Counted from the stretch's first letter, positions 1 through 12,393 are shown. The stretch is DNA of 64,000 bases from Azolla caroliniana (GCA_043228905.1 JBHGNT010000012.1:12772001-12836000), one strand, 5' to 3'. The notes: generated by a model not told the origin, from the letters alone. Translations and numbers: made by a program.

Positions 1-3000
1 TCTGTTACCATAGCCGCATTCAATTTCCGGTAGTCGACACACACTCTTATCTTACTGTTCTTTTTGGGTACTACGACTATCGGGCTAAGCCATGTGGCTT
101 TCTTTACCGGTCGGATGAAGCCCACTCTTAGCAACTTGTTGATTTCTTCTTTGACTTTTGCTGCATAATTTAGGTTCATCCGGTAACGCCGTTGCGCTAC
201 CGGTTTGGCGTCTTTACCTAGATGTATCTGGTGTTGATACAACTGAGGATCGAGTCCCCGCATGTCCTCGTAGGACCAGGCGAACACATCGTGAAATTCT
301 TTTAGGAGTGTGATCATTGCCACTTTGTTCTCCGGGGTCATTTCCTTGGGGATGTGCACCGGTCTTGTGTCCTCTGTGGTACCTAGGTTTACCTCTTCTA
401 GTTGGGATGCTTTCACGCGCTGCGATACTGCCATTTCTTTTTCCAGTGCCTCCTGTGCTTGCCGTAATTCCCGGACTACTTCTTTATGTAGTTCCTCGTC
501 AGTCCCGTCCGGTTGCAGTATGTACGGTGATACTACTTCAACTACATCAATCTCGAACAGAGGTACGATCTTCAAATTTTCCTGTAAGTATTGATCAACC
601 TCTTCGTCCGCCAATCCTTCCAGCATGTTGACACATTCCGCATATAGCGGCATTGATTCCTTGCCGGTACCGGATCGTGGTTGAGTCGGTACTCGTACTT
701 TCACTTTTCCACACCGGAACGTAATTATATTCTTCCTCCAATTTTGCTTAATGTGTGTTGTTTTTAACCAAGGGCGTCCGAACAATAGTGGGTAAGCTCC
801 CTAGGCCTGTAGCTGGAGAACTACTGTGGAAATGCGAAATGTGTGACCCCCGATGGTCACTTCCAGATCAAGTATTAATCCGGTCGGCCGTACTGAGCTT
901 GTGTCCGCCATCCGAAGCCAAAACGGGCACGGTTCCCAGTCATGGATTCCTAGAGTGTTACACGTTCGGAGGCTAATCATGTTCACGCCAGATCCTCCAT
1001 CGATAATCATGCCCGGTAGCTCATTTCCTTTCACGATGGCTGTGATTGTCGGACTGCTCGTGTCCACCACTGCCGGTCCTTCCTCTGGATTTGAAAAGAA
1101 TGCTGGAGTCGGTGGTGTGTCAACTGTGGTCCTTCCTATCTTCAGTCCTTCCGTGAAGCCTGGTACCAGTTGCAATAGTTAGCCTAACGGTAGCCTTATT
1201 TGGCATTCTTGTAACGCCTGCCATGTTCGATTTTCGGGCTGCCCCGGACCGGTGAGCTCTTCGGCATTCTACTTTTGTTGTTCAAGCTCTACTGCATTCC
1301 GCTCATTTTCCTTCTTCTCTCATTCTGTTGCCTGCTTCCGGATGGCTTCTTGAGTTTCCCACTCCGTGGCTTTGCCTTTTGATCTTGTAGTGACTTGTTG
1401 TATTTCTGCGACTTCCGCGTCCACCATGTTCACCGTTGGTCGCTTGTCGTAGCTCTTCGTAGGACATTGATTACTATAGTGGCCTTCTTGCTGGCAATAA
1501 TAGCAGTACGGCTTCCAGGTGTTGCTGGATTTAGTGTGTGTGCTTGGTGGAGGTCCTGTGGTAAGTGTGTGGTTTTGGTTCGGTTGGCTGCTTGGAGCGC
1601 CCTTTTCCGGTTCCCGTGGATGACCCCCCTTTTTGTTGAAATGACGTTTCTTGAAATTCTTTTTGTTTCGATAACCTTGACGGTGTTGGTCGTCATACTT
1701 GCCATAGTCGTCCCGTCAGTGGTTGTAACCAGGGGAGTGATCCCGGTTGTATCTCTCGTACCGTCCATTATAGTCCCGGTATCTATCATGTCTGTCATAC
1801 CGGTCATAAGCGTCTCTTCGATCGCTGTACCGGACATCTTATGCCCGTCGGTAGCGCTCCTCTCGCCGCCAACGTTCTTCTTCTTCCTCCTGGTTGCTCC
1901 GTGGTTCAATTTGCCGGACCGGTGGTGCTTGCCGATTTAACAAATTATTCTCACACTGTTCCATTGTGTGACTTCTGGAGTGGCAGAGTAAGCATTGGGA
2001 ACGCATGGTGCATTCCAACACCGAATGTCCGGCATTCAGGCATGTCGTACATTGAATTGCTTGCTGGAAACGGAGGTCCTCTTCCGTTGGTAGTGCACGC
2101 TGAAGTGCGCCCATGGTCAGCCATGAATTTGAGGTTTTCATTTCCCGAACTCGGTCGATCACTTGATCTATGCTGCTGGTGCGGAAATCAATAACGGTGC
2201 ACACCGTACGTAAGGGTTCTCGGAGGGCTGCTAACAATATGGCCTTTGTTTCTTCCTCCGGTGGTGTCCGATTGAGTTGACTATGGATTTGCTGGAACCG
2301 GATGACAAACTGTTGAATGTTCTCCGTTGGTTCCTGCCGGATACTGTAAATAAGCCTACCATTTCCTACTAGTCCATCTCCTTGTGAATGAAATGCAAGA
2401 ATTTTGTCTTTAATATTTCAAACGTGGGGATGGTGCTGGGATCTTGTGTTCGGTGCCATCTGGTAGCCGGTCCCTCCAAGGTCATGCCGAACTCTACCCT
2501 TTTTGAGTGTTCCTCTTCGGCTGCATTTAAGTGTTGGGACACATGGTTTGCCTCCCAGGTCTATTGAAACTCATGGACGTGGGATATTGGAACGACATAT
2601 TGTCGTCTGGTGTCGGTACACGGGCTGGTGGTGTCCGTGGTCGTTCCTCCTCCTCTTTCGGTGTTAGAGGTCTTTCCTGCTCCTCTTTCGGTGTCGGAGG
2701 CTTCTCCTCCTTGACTTCCGGTGTCGGAGGTCTCTCTTCCTCGACTTCTGGTTCCGGAGTGTGGTCGACTTCCGGTGCCGGAGGTTCCAACCTTGTCAAT
2801 TCTGGTTCCGGTGTCGGCAAGGTATCCGACCCCTCATCCTCTGGTCCGTTTGGGGTGTCGTTACTGCTGCGGTACTTCATCTGCACGCTGTATTCCCCGT
2901 CCGAACCCGATTCAAATGCCGAAAATGCTTCAGATTCTCCTTCGCCCGTTGCCGATGCCTGGAGAAGGGATTTCGCGTCCCGGAGGCTGCTTAGGCTGCT

Positions 3001-3186
3001 TCCTTCGTCCAGGTAGTCGTTTGGTGGTAGCCGAAGTGACTCCTTGGCCACTCTACGGATCACCTTGGAAAATGAGCGATCCACTCTTATTTCTTCTACT
3101 GCTTGCTGGAAAGTCTCTCGCTTCCTTAGTCGTTCAGCAAGCCTCCTTGCTCGCTCCATAATCGGGTCGTTCGTTGGTCGCGTCAT
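1..3186 (-). pseudogene. A1 gag-pol, interrupted by stops and frameshifts
   Basis: ORF pieces 2527-3186 (MTRPT... gag N-terminus), 1839-2237 (zinc knuckles), 801-1175 (protease IIDGGSG); RT WLSPIVVVPKK region near 60-95. Confidence 0.9.
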
Positions 3187-3241
3187 CCATTCCTGCCGTT
3201 GTTCGCTACGATTGTGCAGGAATCGTGGTCACAAAAAATTG

Positions 3242-3691
3242 TGTTAATCCTTAGGTCCAGACAATGGCCTAACACAGGGTGTCTCCGGAAGACACTTCAC
3301 CAAAGGGGTGTTACAGCGAGATCACTTAAGACACAATCATTAATCCAACTTAATTGGCTACTTAGCAATAAGGCATTCACTTAATACACGCATAAGATAT
3401 AACAATTAATACAGAACGATAATCAATACGTGAAGATAAAACAAGAAGCTTATATTAATTCTCCGTTAAAGTTTTACATTGTAACCGGGCCTTTATATAG
3501 GTCACCGGTGCTGTGTACAAAACGGTGCCAACTGGGACTTGTTCAGAACCGGTCCGGATCCGGATCGGCATACCGATTCCGGTCCGTACGTTCACCACAT
3601 AATTATCATCTATTCTACTTAATTAAAATAGATTCCGAATAACAATCCCTTTCACATTCTGGTCTTTAACTCCTTTGCCGGCCGGGTAACA
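3242..3691 (-). repeat. A1 5' LTR
   Basis: TGTTA...TAACA termini; shares blocks such as ggcataccgattccggtccgt with the LTRs at 33429-33861 and (reverse complement) 42036-42505. Confidence 0.9.
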
Positions 3692-5391
3692 CACAACATC
3701 AAATTTGCGCGAATGGAAAGCCACAGGATGTAACTCTTCTTTATCTCCTTGTTGAGAAAGGATGCTACCGAGGGCGAAATCTGATGCGTCCGCCTCCATG
3801 ATGAATGGTTTTCTTGTATCCACATGAGCTAGAATAGGTGTTGATGTAAAGGCTTTCTTAAGATGCTAAAAAGCCATGTCCGCTTCATTGGACCAAAGAA
3901 ATGATTGTCCCTTCTTCGTAAGTTGTGTGAAAGGTAAAATAATCTTCGAGTAATCCTGTATAAACTTGCGGTAGAAGTTAGCAAAACCTAGAAAACATTG
4001 TACATCTTGTATTGACTGTGGAATTTGCCACTCTAGCTAGCTGGATCCATGGAGATGCCCTTTGAGGAGATAACGTAGCCTAGAAATTCCACTTGCTTGC
4101 AGTCAAAGCTACATTTTTCTAGCTTGGCATAAAGACCATTCTCGCGGAGTCGGTTTAGTACTAATAGTACATGAGAATCGTGCTCTTCCTAGGACTTCAA
4201 ATAAATCAATAGATCATCCAGATAGATGATCAAACAGATATCCAAGAGGTCTCTGAATATATCATTTGCCATGTGTTGGAAGACTGCAGGTGCATTGGTT
4301 AGACCGAACGGCATAACAGTATATTCGAAATGCCCATATTGCGTGCGAAAGGCAGTCTTCCATTCATCTCCCGGTCGGATCCGCATGAGGTTATACGCTC
4401 CTCGTAGATCGATTTTTGTAAAAAACTTGGCACCATTAACTCGCTCTAAAAGACTTGATATAAGAGGAAGTGCATATTACCTATTCCGGATGGTGATCGT
4501 ACTTAAGCCGCGGTAATCAACGACGAGACGAAGTGAGCCATCTTTCTTCTTGACAAAGAAGATGGGTGCTCTGGCCGGAGATTTTGAATGACGAATAAAC
4601 CCGCTTGCCAAGTTCTCCTCTATGTAGGCTCAAAGGACTTCTAACTCGGTGGGTGACAAGTTGTAGATTGGTCCCCATGGTGGATCTGCTCCTGGTTGTA
4701 AATCGATGGGACAATCGTAGGGACGATGATGAGCAAGAGTACCAGCTTTTACCTTGTCAAATACGTCGGCATAAGGATGATATTTCGCCGGAAGTTGCAC
4801 TAAGGATTTCTCCTTAATATTGCTGGAAGGATGTACTAATATGGCAAATAGGAACATTGCCTCCTTGTGTCCTTCTTCGCGTAGTTGACGTAGTGAAATG
4901 GTCGAAACTCGATGAGTAGATTCTTGGGGTTGTCGATATCGGACTTCTCTTGTTCTCCAATCTATGTGTGGATTATGTAGTTCAAACCAAGGTAATCCCA
5001 GGACAATGGGATACTCTGGACTACTAATTATATTAAATGATACTACACACACAAAACTAGCTAGGACAACTTGAATGGGTTCTGACTCTTCTACAATATT
5101 CCCGGAAGCAATGGGACGACCATCAATGACTACTACAGATGTGGGGCAAGGAAGTTCTCTTAAGGATATCTGAGAAGCTTGGGCAAAATTTCAATACATG
5201 AAACAGGAATTGGCTCTGGAATCTAAAAGTGCTAGGACTTGTACTGGGGGAGTACTTTCAGTACTAACCATGACTTGGGCTAGGAACACATTGCTAACTT
5301 GCTTGGAGGGAATGGAACCACTAATGGGTTGTACAAATCTAGGGTTGTCCAACCAAACGGCTCCTATTTTGGCTGGACTCAATCGTTTAAC
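3692..5391 (-). pseudogene. Element D pol (PR-RT-RH), degraded and cut by A1
   Basis: ORF fragments 5191-5382, 4630-5052, 4189-4386 and 3623-3823. Confidence 0.88.
5341..5391 (-). promoter_or_regulatory. -1 ribosomal frameshift signal (gag to pol) of element D
   Basis: Minus strand G_TTA_AAC (5391-5385), 6-nt spacer, then an 11-bp stem GTCCAGCCAAA/TTTGGTTGGAC (5378-5347). The -1 frame opens into the protease ORF. Confidence 0.8.
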
Positions 5392-6503
5392 TCATCTAAT
5401 TGACTAAGGATTTCAAATTTGTTTGAGATACTTGGGCTATTAGTACTATTAATACTATCAGACACTCCTAAGGGAAAAATTGACTCAGGTTTAGTACAGG
5501 CTACGATTTGATTTACCTGTCTTCTTGGCCTATGGGGACACTTGATTGCGATATGCCCTGGTCCACCGCAATAATGACATAATCGATTTGCACGGCGTCG
5601 TTGCTTTTCTTCTTCCGATAACGGGCCACGTTGACGCATGGTGTCAATCTCCATCGGTGTCGGTGTATTTGCTTGGGGTACGTCACGTGCGAACACTTTA
5701 GCCGTGACTGAGGCGTATGTGGGCTCCGGCCTAGAGTGTGGTATTTGTAATTGACGTTCGGAACGTCGTTCAAAAAGGCGGTTGTCACATCGGACCGCTC
5801 GACTGATTGCCTCCGTAAGAGATTTTGGTTCTTCGGGGAAGGTTAAAAGTAAATCTTTTACATCATTTCGTAGGCCGTAGCGAAACTGCTCCATTAGTGC
5901 CTGATCATCCCAGGGAATATCGGAGGCGAGTAGACGGAAATCTGCCGCATAGGCAAAGGCTAGACGATCGCCTTGACGCAATCGTCGGATCTTCTTGATC
6001 GTCGTCCTAATGTTGTCGGTGTCTCCAAAGCAGGCTTTAAACTCACTAATAAAATCTTCAAAGTTATTAAGCAAGGGCGATTGTTTTTCTAGAAGCGGAG
6101 CGAACCATGCTAAGGTTGAGTTGCTAAGCAACATGCCTATTAGGCCGACTCGGGATGCATCAGTAGGGTATCGGGAAGGATGCATTTGGATAACTAATCG
6201 TACCTGATTAAGGAATCCCCTAAATTGGGATCGCGTTCCATCAAATTTCCTAGGAAGTCCAATCTTCGGCTCTTTATGAAATCCTTGGGGACTTGATCCT
6301 TGTTGTTGCAATGCTGCTTCGAGTTGTTGTACTCGTAACGCTAACTCCCCATGTTGTTGTTGCGTTTGTTGTTTTTCTAGAGCGATTTGTTGCAGATCCC
6401 CTATCAGCCGTTGGTTTTCTTGTTCCAAGGCAACAAATTTTTCTTTTAGGCACTGTAGCTCGGAGAAAATGGATTGATATTCTTGGGCGCTAACAGTAGC
6501 CAT
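5379..6503 (-). CDS. gag: Element D Gag (coiled coil, capsid, zinc knuckle), 374 aa, intact
   Basis: ATG-initiated ORF with PEG10/sushi-type capsid motifs and CHYCGGPGHIAIKC. Confidence 0.9.
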   Translation of the reverse strand: MATVSAQEYQSIFSELQCLKEKFVALEQENQRLIGDLQQIALEKQQTQQQHGELALRVQQLEAALQQQGSSPQGFHKEPKIGLPRKFDGTRSQFRGFLNQVRLVIQMHPSRYPTDASRVGLIGMLLSNSTLAWFAPLLEKQSPLLNNFEDFISEFKACFGDTDNIRTTIKKIRRLRQGDRLAFAYAADFRLLASDIPWDDQALMEQFRYGLRNDVKDLLLTFPEEPKSLTEAISRAVRCDNRLFERRSERQLQIPHSRPEPTYASVTAKVFARDVPQANTPTPMEIDTMRQRGPLSEEEKQRRRANRLCHYCGGPGHIAIKCPHRPRRQVNQIVACTKPESIFPLGVSDSINSTNSPSISNKFEILSQLDELND

Positions 6504-6573
6504 AGTATAGGGAAAAGGGTAGGAGGATGAGGGAGAACGACAAGTAGGCTTGAGGAGGGAAATTGGTTCAAAC

Positions 6574-6850
6574 TGTCAGGAATAGTACTAAGCAGAGAGA
6601 GAATTAGTACTAAAGAAGAGAAGTACTATTACGACTAAGAAGATGGGACTGCATAAGATTCCCGAGAGAGAAAGAGAGAAGAGGAGAGAGAGATAGAGAG
6701 GATTAGAGAGAGAGGGATGATGATAACAGCTAATATATTATGTGAAGGATAAGTACAAAGTGGCTAAGAGGCTTACGACTGGCGTTGAACCAATTTGGTT
6801 CAAAACAATGCCTTGTGCCTCCTTATATAGTCTGAGCGTTGAACCAGTTC
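6574..6850 (-). repeat. Element D 5' LTR, U3 end deleted
   Basis: Ends ...CCTGACA on the minus strand next to the PBS position; TATA (CTATATAAGG, minus 6830-6821); fuses directly to Copia integrase sequence near 6850. Confidence 0.7.
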
Positions 6851-9800
6851 GACGTGAATTCTCGTGTAGATACACGCCGTAGCAGAACGACATGGCCGAG
6901 CGGAAGAATCGAACAATCGAAGACGCGGCCAGGGCAATGCTTGAAGAGAAGCATATGCCGAATTTCTATTGGGCTGAAGCCGTGAGGACAGCTGTATACC
7001 TACAAAATTAGACTTCTGCTAATGGAGGAGTGTCGCCACATGAATTGTATTTCGGGAAGAAGCCGAACTTGGCACACTTGAGGATTTTCGGTAGCATTGC
7101 ATATGTGCATGTGCCGAAGGAGAAGAGGAGGAAGCTAGACGCCAAAGCCAAAATGTGCATCTTAGCCGGCTATCCAGACGAGCAGAAGGGGTATAAGTGT
7201 TATCACCCCAGAACAAAGGAAGTGCGTGTAATTCGAAATGTCATGTTCGACGAGTCCACTTCGTGGTACTTGCCTTCCCCTCCAGTACCCCATGACTCCA
7301 TTCCGAATTCTGAAGAAGAAGTCAACGAGGCTGAGATGCCTCTGCATGATGAGGACATCTGAGCTCTGAGAGAGAGTCTGATCTCATTTTGGCTGAGTGG
7401 GCCAAATGAGGGGTTGGATCGAAATGGCCAACCAAATGAAGAGACGGCGAGTAGTGAAGACTCAGCCGTGATGTCCCCGCGTAAAGAACCGAAGTGACGG
7501 TTTACGCACAAGGAGAAAGGGAAGAAAAAGATGTCGGAGTACGATTTCGACAATGTTGAGTCAGATCGAAGTGAGTCTGACTACGGGCAAACTGAAAAGG
7601 AACCTCCATGGAGGAGGTCGACATTAGCCAAAAAGGTCGTGAAATCGGGTAATCATGAATTACGCCGATCTACCCGCCTGAAGAACCCCGTAAAGAGATA
7701 CAGGTATAGTGAGTACATGGCGCACCATTATGCGTACATGCCACGAGTGGCGGAAGTGCGTGAGCCAGAGAGCTACGCAGAAGCGGTGAAAGATGCAAAC
7801 TGGCGTGCTGCGATGGAGGAGGAGATTGTTACCTGTAGGAGTTGTATGGGGCGGTATAAGGTTAAAACATGTTAAAGGGGTTGTTCAGTATATGTAATTA
7901 TTATGAGTGTGAGGATGAGTATGTGTGAGCACATGCACAATTATGTGCATGTGACAAGAATGTAACGGTTTCTTTTTGTAACAGACATATTATTTACCAT
8001 GACATTATGTATTATATAAACCCCTTACGGGGCATGTAATGAGATATAGTTTTTTCCCCTCTCATTTGGTGTCATTTTCTATTTTTCTTTCTCTCTTGCT
8101 CTCTCTCTAATGTAACCCCCTTGGGAGGGGGCTGAAGCCATTCTAGGTTTCACCCCCCACCCAACAACAGAGATGTGTGCTTTGACTGATAATGAGACTT
8201 GGGACCTGGTTGACGCACCGAAGGGTGTAACGCCGATCAGTTGTAGGTGGGTGTATAAAGTGAAATACAACACCAACGTCTCAATCAATCGATACAAGGC
8301 CTGTTTAGTTGCGAAAGGCTACGCGCAAAAGCACGGCGTGGACTATGACGAGACCTTCGTGCTTGTCGCGAAGATGACTACCGTGCGTGTTCTACTAGCC
8401 GTAGTTGCGGCAAAGGGGTCGCACTTACATCAAATGGATGTAAAGAATGCGTTCCTGCAAGGTGATCTTGAGGAACAGGTGTACATGGTACAACCCCCCG
8501 GATTTCTATCCGAAAAAAATACCTCGGCAATTTGCAGACTGAAGAAGTCACTCTACGAACTTAAGCAAGCCCCGCGAGCCTGGAACACGAAGATTACGTA
8601 ATAGTTGCGTAGGATGGGGTTTATGACGTCGAAATCGGACTCATCACTATTTGTTCAGCAAGGTCAATATGGATTGGTTGGCCTTCTACTTTACGTTGAT
8701 GATTTAGTCATCGTCGGTGCCGACTTGGATGAAATCTGCCGTGTAAAGTCTCAGCTTGCAGCATCATTCGAAATGAAGGATCTTAGAGACCTTCATTACT
8801 TCCTCGGGATCGAAGTGATCCGCGCCCCCGAAGGCATATTGATTAGCCAACATCATTACGCGCTGAATATGCTCTTCAAGTTCGGGATGGCCAATTGTAA
8901 GCCCATCTCAACCCCTCTAGATAGAAACGCAAAGCTTCGCCGAGATTCGGGAAAGGCATGCAATCCGACACGGTTTCGACAGATTGTCAGAATCTTGATA
9001 TATTTGACGATCACCAGGCTGGACCTCAGCTACCATGTCGGATTGATTAGTAAGTTTATGTTGCAGCCTACGGCTGAAGACTTGCAGTGCGCGCAAAGGA
9101 TATTGCGATATGTTCGCGGAACGAAAGACATGGCGTTGCTGTATCGGGCAGGCGTAACCGAACTGATGGTTGGCTACACGGATGCCGATTGGGCCGGAAA
9201 CACTAGTGATCGTAGATCCACATCTGGATATGCCTTCTCATTAGGAAGTGCGGCGATGGCATGGAGCAATAAGAAGTAGCCGACAATAGCATTGTCGAGC
9301 ACAAAGGCCGAATATCGAGGGGCGACTGTAGCTACGTGGGAAGTTATTTGGCTGAAACGACTATTACGGAATCTGCATGTGGAGGTCTCCAATCTGACGA
9401 TGATCTATTGTGACAACCTTAGCAGTATCCACCTTGCGAAAAACCCTATATTCCACGCCCGAACCGAGCACATTGAGGTGCATTACCATTTTGTTCGCGA
9501 GGTCCTTTCAGGTGACGTCGAACTAGCATATGTTACGGATCGACAAGTTGCCGACATTTTCACCAAGCCTCTTGGTATCGACAAGTTGCGGCATTTCTTG
9601 GGTGAGCTTGGGTTGTGTCACCTCGACACGCGGAACTTGAGGGGGAGACAAGAACAAGAGAGTGAAAGGAACGGAGGTGATCATCGCGGCGGAAGCGACC
9701 GTGATGCGGAGTCAAATGAAGAATTTGATTTCGAGCCAGCTGAAAAAGTTGAAGAAGGAAGCAAGGGCCGTAATCTTACGGAAGAGCCGAAGATAGCCGA

Positions 9801-10095
9801 ACAAGGAGTATGTAAGGCTAAGATCAGAATGTGGTCCGACATTATGAAAGGCCTGAAGATAGAAGACGAATTGGAGACATGCAATTCGGATGAGAGCGGA
9901 ATTGAATCGGAAGAGTTCAGTTCAATCAGAATGTTTGATTCGGACATCTTGAATCAACTGAGGTCCAAACGGAGGAAAGGGCAGTGGAAGAGGTGCCAAC
10001 ACCGCAATAGCAAGGGAACTGAGAAGGGCCAAATGAGCAGACAAGCCCACCGAAAGGATCGAGGCGCGCGGAATCGAACAGGTCGAGGAGTGTGA
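6850..10095 (+). pseudogene. B1 pol with premature stops and a C-terminal charged extension
   Basis: ORF pieces 7030-7362, 7531-7826, 8173-8601, 8605-9279 and 9292-10095. Confidence 0.9.
7827..8169. mobile_element. Solo LTR (343 bp) with a 5-bp TSD
   Basis: TGTTAC...ACAACA flanked by GAGAT (7822-7826 and 8170-8174); removing it restores MEEEMCAL in the B1 RT. Confidence 0.93.
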
Positions 10096-10173
10096 GTAAG
10101 GCGTGAAGCTGGAAGAGGCCGGAGCGAAGATCCAGAAGAGTAGGTAGAACCTCAAGTTGAGCTTGACGGGGAG

Positions 10174-10564
10174 TGTTGAGAGACAAGCTCAACATTCGGT
10201 GTGTAATTGGGTGCGTAAAACAGTTACGCACAACATGGTTGTAACGGTGCGGACATCGAGAAGCCGTAAGAATGATATTCCTTGTAAGGAATAGTTTTGG
10301 GAGTAAGTGTAGTAGGCTCATTTATGAGCAGTCAAGTATTGTTAGTACTTGTGTCAGCCCGATTTAAGGGCGTGTAGAAGAAGTGCTCACCAAGCACGAA
10401 ATATGTACAAAGTGTCATTATTTTGAAATAGAGTTGTCTGCTCTCTCTCTCTCCCTCTCCCTCTCCCTCTCCATCTCTGCATTTTCTGTGGTTTACCAAA
10501 TTGTCGTTCTCCGAACTGTGTACTCTGTGTTTCGCATATGCTTTCACACACATATTCTTTTACA
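10174..10564 (+). repeat. B1 3' LTR
   Basis: Follows the PPT; TGTTG...TTACA; CT-rich tract 10440-10475. The right end is inferred because no partner LTR is present. Confidence 0.75.
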
Positions 10565-10569
10565 ATAAT

Positions 10570-11657
10570 TATACCTCCTTATCTCTTGAGTTGATCCGAA
10601 GAGGATGAGGTATCTAAGCAACACAAGGACTATTTACGAATGGGTTATATACGTTATAGTAAGTCTCCATGGGGTGCACTAGTTATTTCGTTCTTATGGG
10701 TTACCGATCAAGATCCAAAGTTTACTAGTGACTTCTGAACGCAACTTTTCAAGAAGTTAGAAACTACATTGAGCATGAGCTCCACGAATCATCCTCAATC
10801 CCATGGACAGACAGAACGAGTACATCAAATTAATGAGGACATGCTTCGACCATACATTGGTACAAAACCAACAAAATGGGAACGTTATCTCCCAATTTTG
10901 GAGTTTGCTTATAATAGCTCCAAGCATACGTCGACGGGATATAGTCCTTTTATGTTGATGTATGGTTCTCAGCCACGAGCCCCGATTGATGTTAATATAC
11001 ATTATGATGAGTTGTGAAGTATGCAAAACTTTCTTCGGGATATGCAAGATATGTTGTATATTGCACGACATAATATAAAAACGGCTCAAGATAAAGCGCG
11101 TTTTTATGCCGATCATCATAGGCAACCTTGTGTATTCAACCCTGGACAGAAGGTATTTTTACATGTACCTCACAATTCTAAGAGATTGTCTAAGGCTAAG
11201 TGCACTAAGTTAGCCCCACAGTTTTGTGAACCTTTTACAGTGCTCAAACGCATTGGGTCATCAACCTATCGTCTCGCTCTTCTCGATGTTGTTGACATTC
11301 ATCCAGTTTTTCATGTGAGTCGTCCAGAAGAACTTCTAGGTTCTGGGGACAATATGGTTACAACTGAAACTTTGGTTATTTCTGAAGAAATATCTTCTAA
11401 ACCACATGTACGAGAAAGGATTCTCGATGTTAAAACAAAAAAATTACGTACTAAAGAAATCCAAGAATTTAAAACAAAATGGATGGATAAATCAATAAAA
11501 GATGCCACATGAGAACGCGAAACTACTCTCCGAACTAACTTCCCTAACATTCCATTGCAAGAGTGCAATGTTTTAAAGAGGGCGAGTATGTTACGGGCAT
11601 GACCATATAATATCTCGTGGTGAGAATTTACCATAGTATTCTATACACCTAGATAAC
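10570..11657 (+). mobile_element. Family-E chromovirus fragment (RT stub, integrase C-terminus, chromodomain, PPT, first ~70 bp of LTR)
   Basis: Homologous to 34920-35040 and 36820-37440; HPQSHGQTER, IHPVFHVS, ERILDVK...KWMDKSIKDAT; LTR starts TGTTACGGGC at 11589. Confidence 0.88.
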
Positions 11658-11758
11658 TCTTTCAACTATACAGTTTCTGAACATCGTAAATGAGGTGCTC
11701 TGTGCTGTCTTGACGTTCTCATAACCCTCTCAATCATATTTCTCCCACGTGCGCCCAC

Positions 11759-11760
<2 letters not shown>

Positions 11761-11789
<29 letters not shown>
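11761..11789. repeat. (CA)14 microsatellite
   Basis: Read directly from the sequence. Confidence 0.95.
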
Positions 11790-11791
<2 letters not shown>

Positions 11792-11937
11792 TCAGGTCGT
11801 GTGCTCTCACTCGCTCGTTGCACAAGCAAAATGAAACTCCACATGCACACTACCTAACTCCCACCCTACCTATATCTATATCTATCTATCTATCGCTATC
11901 TCTCTCACGAGCAACACGAAACTCGCCAGACGTCAAT

Positions 11938-12393
11938 TATTAGAGATATGCCCTAATGTAAGCATATGATAAGGAGAAAAGAATGATAGATAGAAAGGAG
12001 AGAGAGAAAGAAGGGTGTCATTCCACCCGACCACCCTCGAGCAAAGGGATCGAGACGGACTCGAGCCTCAATCGGCATCCCATACCACCACCGTGGCGTC
12101 GAGTCGTACCTGGTGCTGGCGCATTCGCTACAAGAGCTGACCGACCACAAGAACAAAGTCTCGACGTAGTCAAAAGATGTTGAAATGAGGGTAGCTAGGC
12201 CTCTTATTTATAGCGATACCCAAGGACCCACGACAAGTTCACACTTGCCTAGTGGGTTGTCTCAATCCCGAGGATTAAAAGTAATCCTCCCCTTCTTTAC
12301 ACTCTTGTTTAACCCTCACGCTTATCCATGTGTATAGAATACTATGAGTTGTAAATTCTCACCACGAGATATTATATGGTCATGCCCGTAACA
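11938..12393 (-). repeat. Family-E LTR, full length (456 bp), inverted
   Basis: Reverse complement aligns end to end with the 456-bp LTR at 37368-37823; no direct TSD seen. Confidence 0.88.

Larger units (their letters stand above)
1..3691 (-). mobile_element. Family-A Ty3/Gypsy copy A1 (5' half; continues beyond the left edge)
   Basis: LTR 3242-3691, degenerate PBS ~3225-3235, and gag/protease/RT fragments homologous to ORF 46914-52790. Inserted into the RNase H region of element D. Confidence 0.93.
3692..6850 (-). mobile_element. Element D: Tcn1/Tf1-sushi-like Ty3/Gypsy, truncated
   Basis: Gag with KFDGTRS...TPMEID and CX2CX4HX4C; protease LLDS; RT ([15 protein letters not shown]); RNase H (EADASDFALG); partial LTR from 6574. 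Confidence 0.88.
6850..10564 (+). mobile_element. Copia element B1, 5'-truncated (INT-RT-RH, 3' LTR)
   Basis: LRIFGSIAYVHV (integrase), QMDVKNAFL and LYVDD (RT), YTDADWAG and QVADIFTK (RNase H); PPT GACGGGGAG before TGTTG at 10174. Confidence 0.92.
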
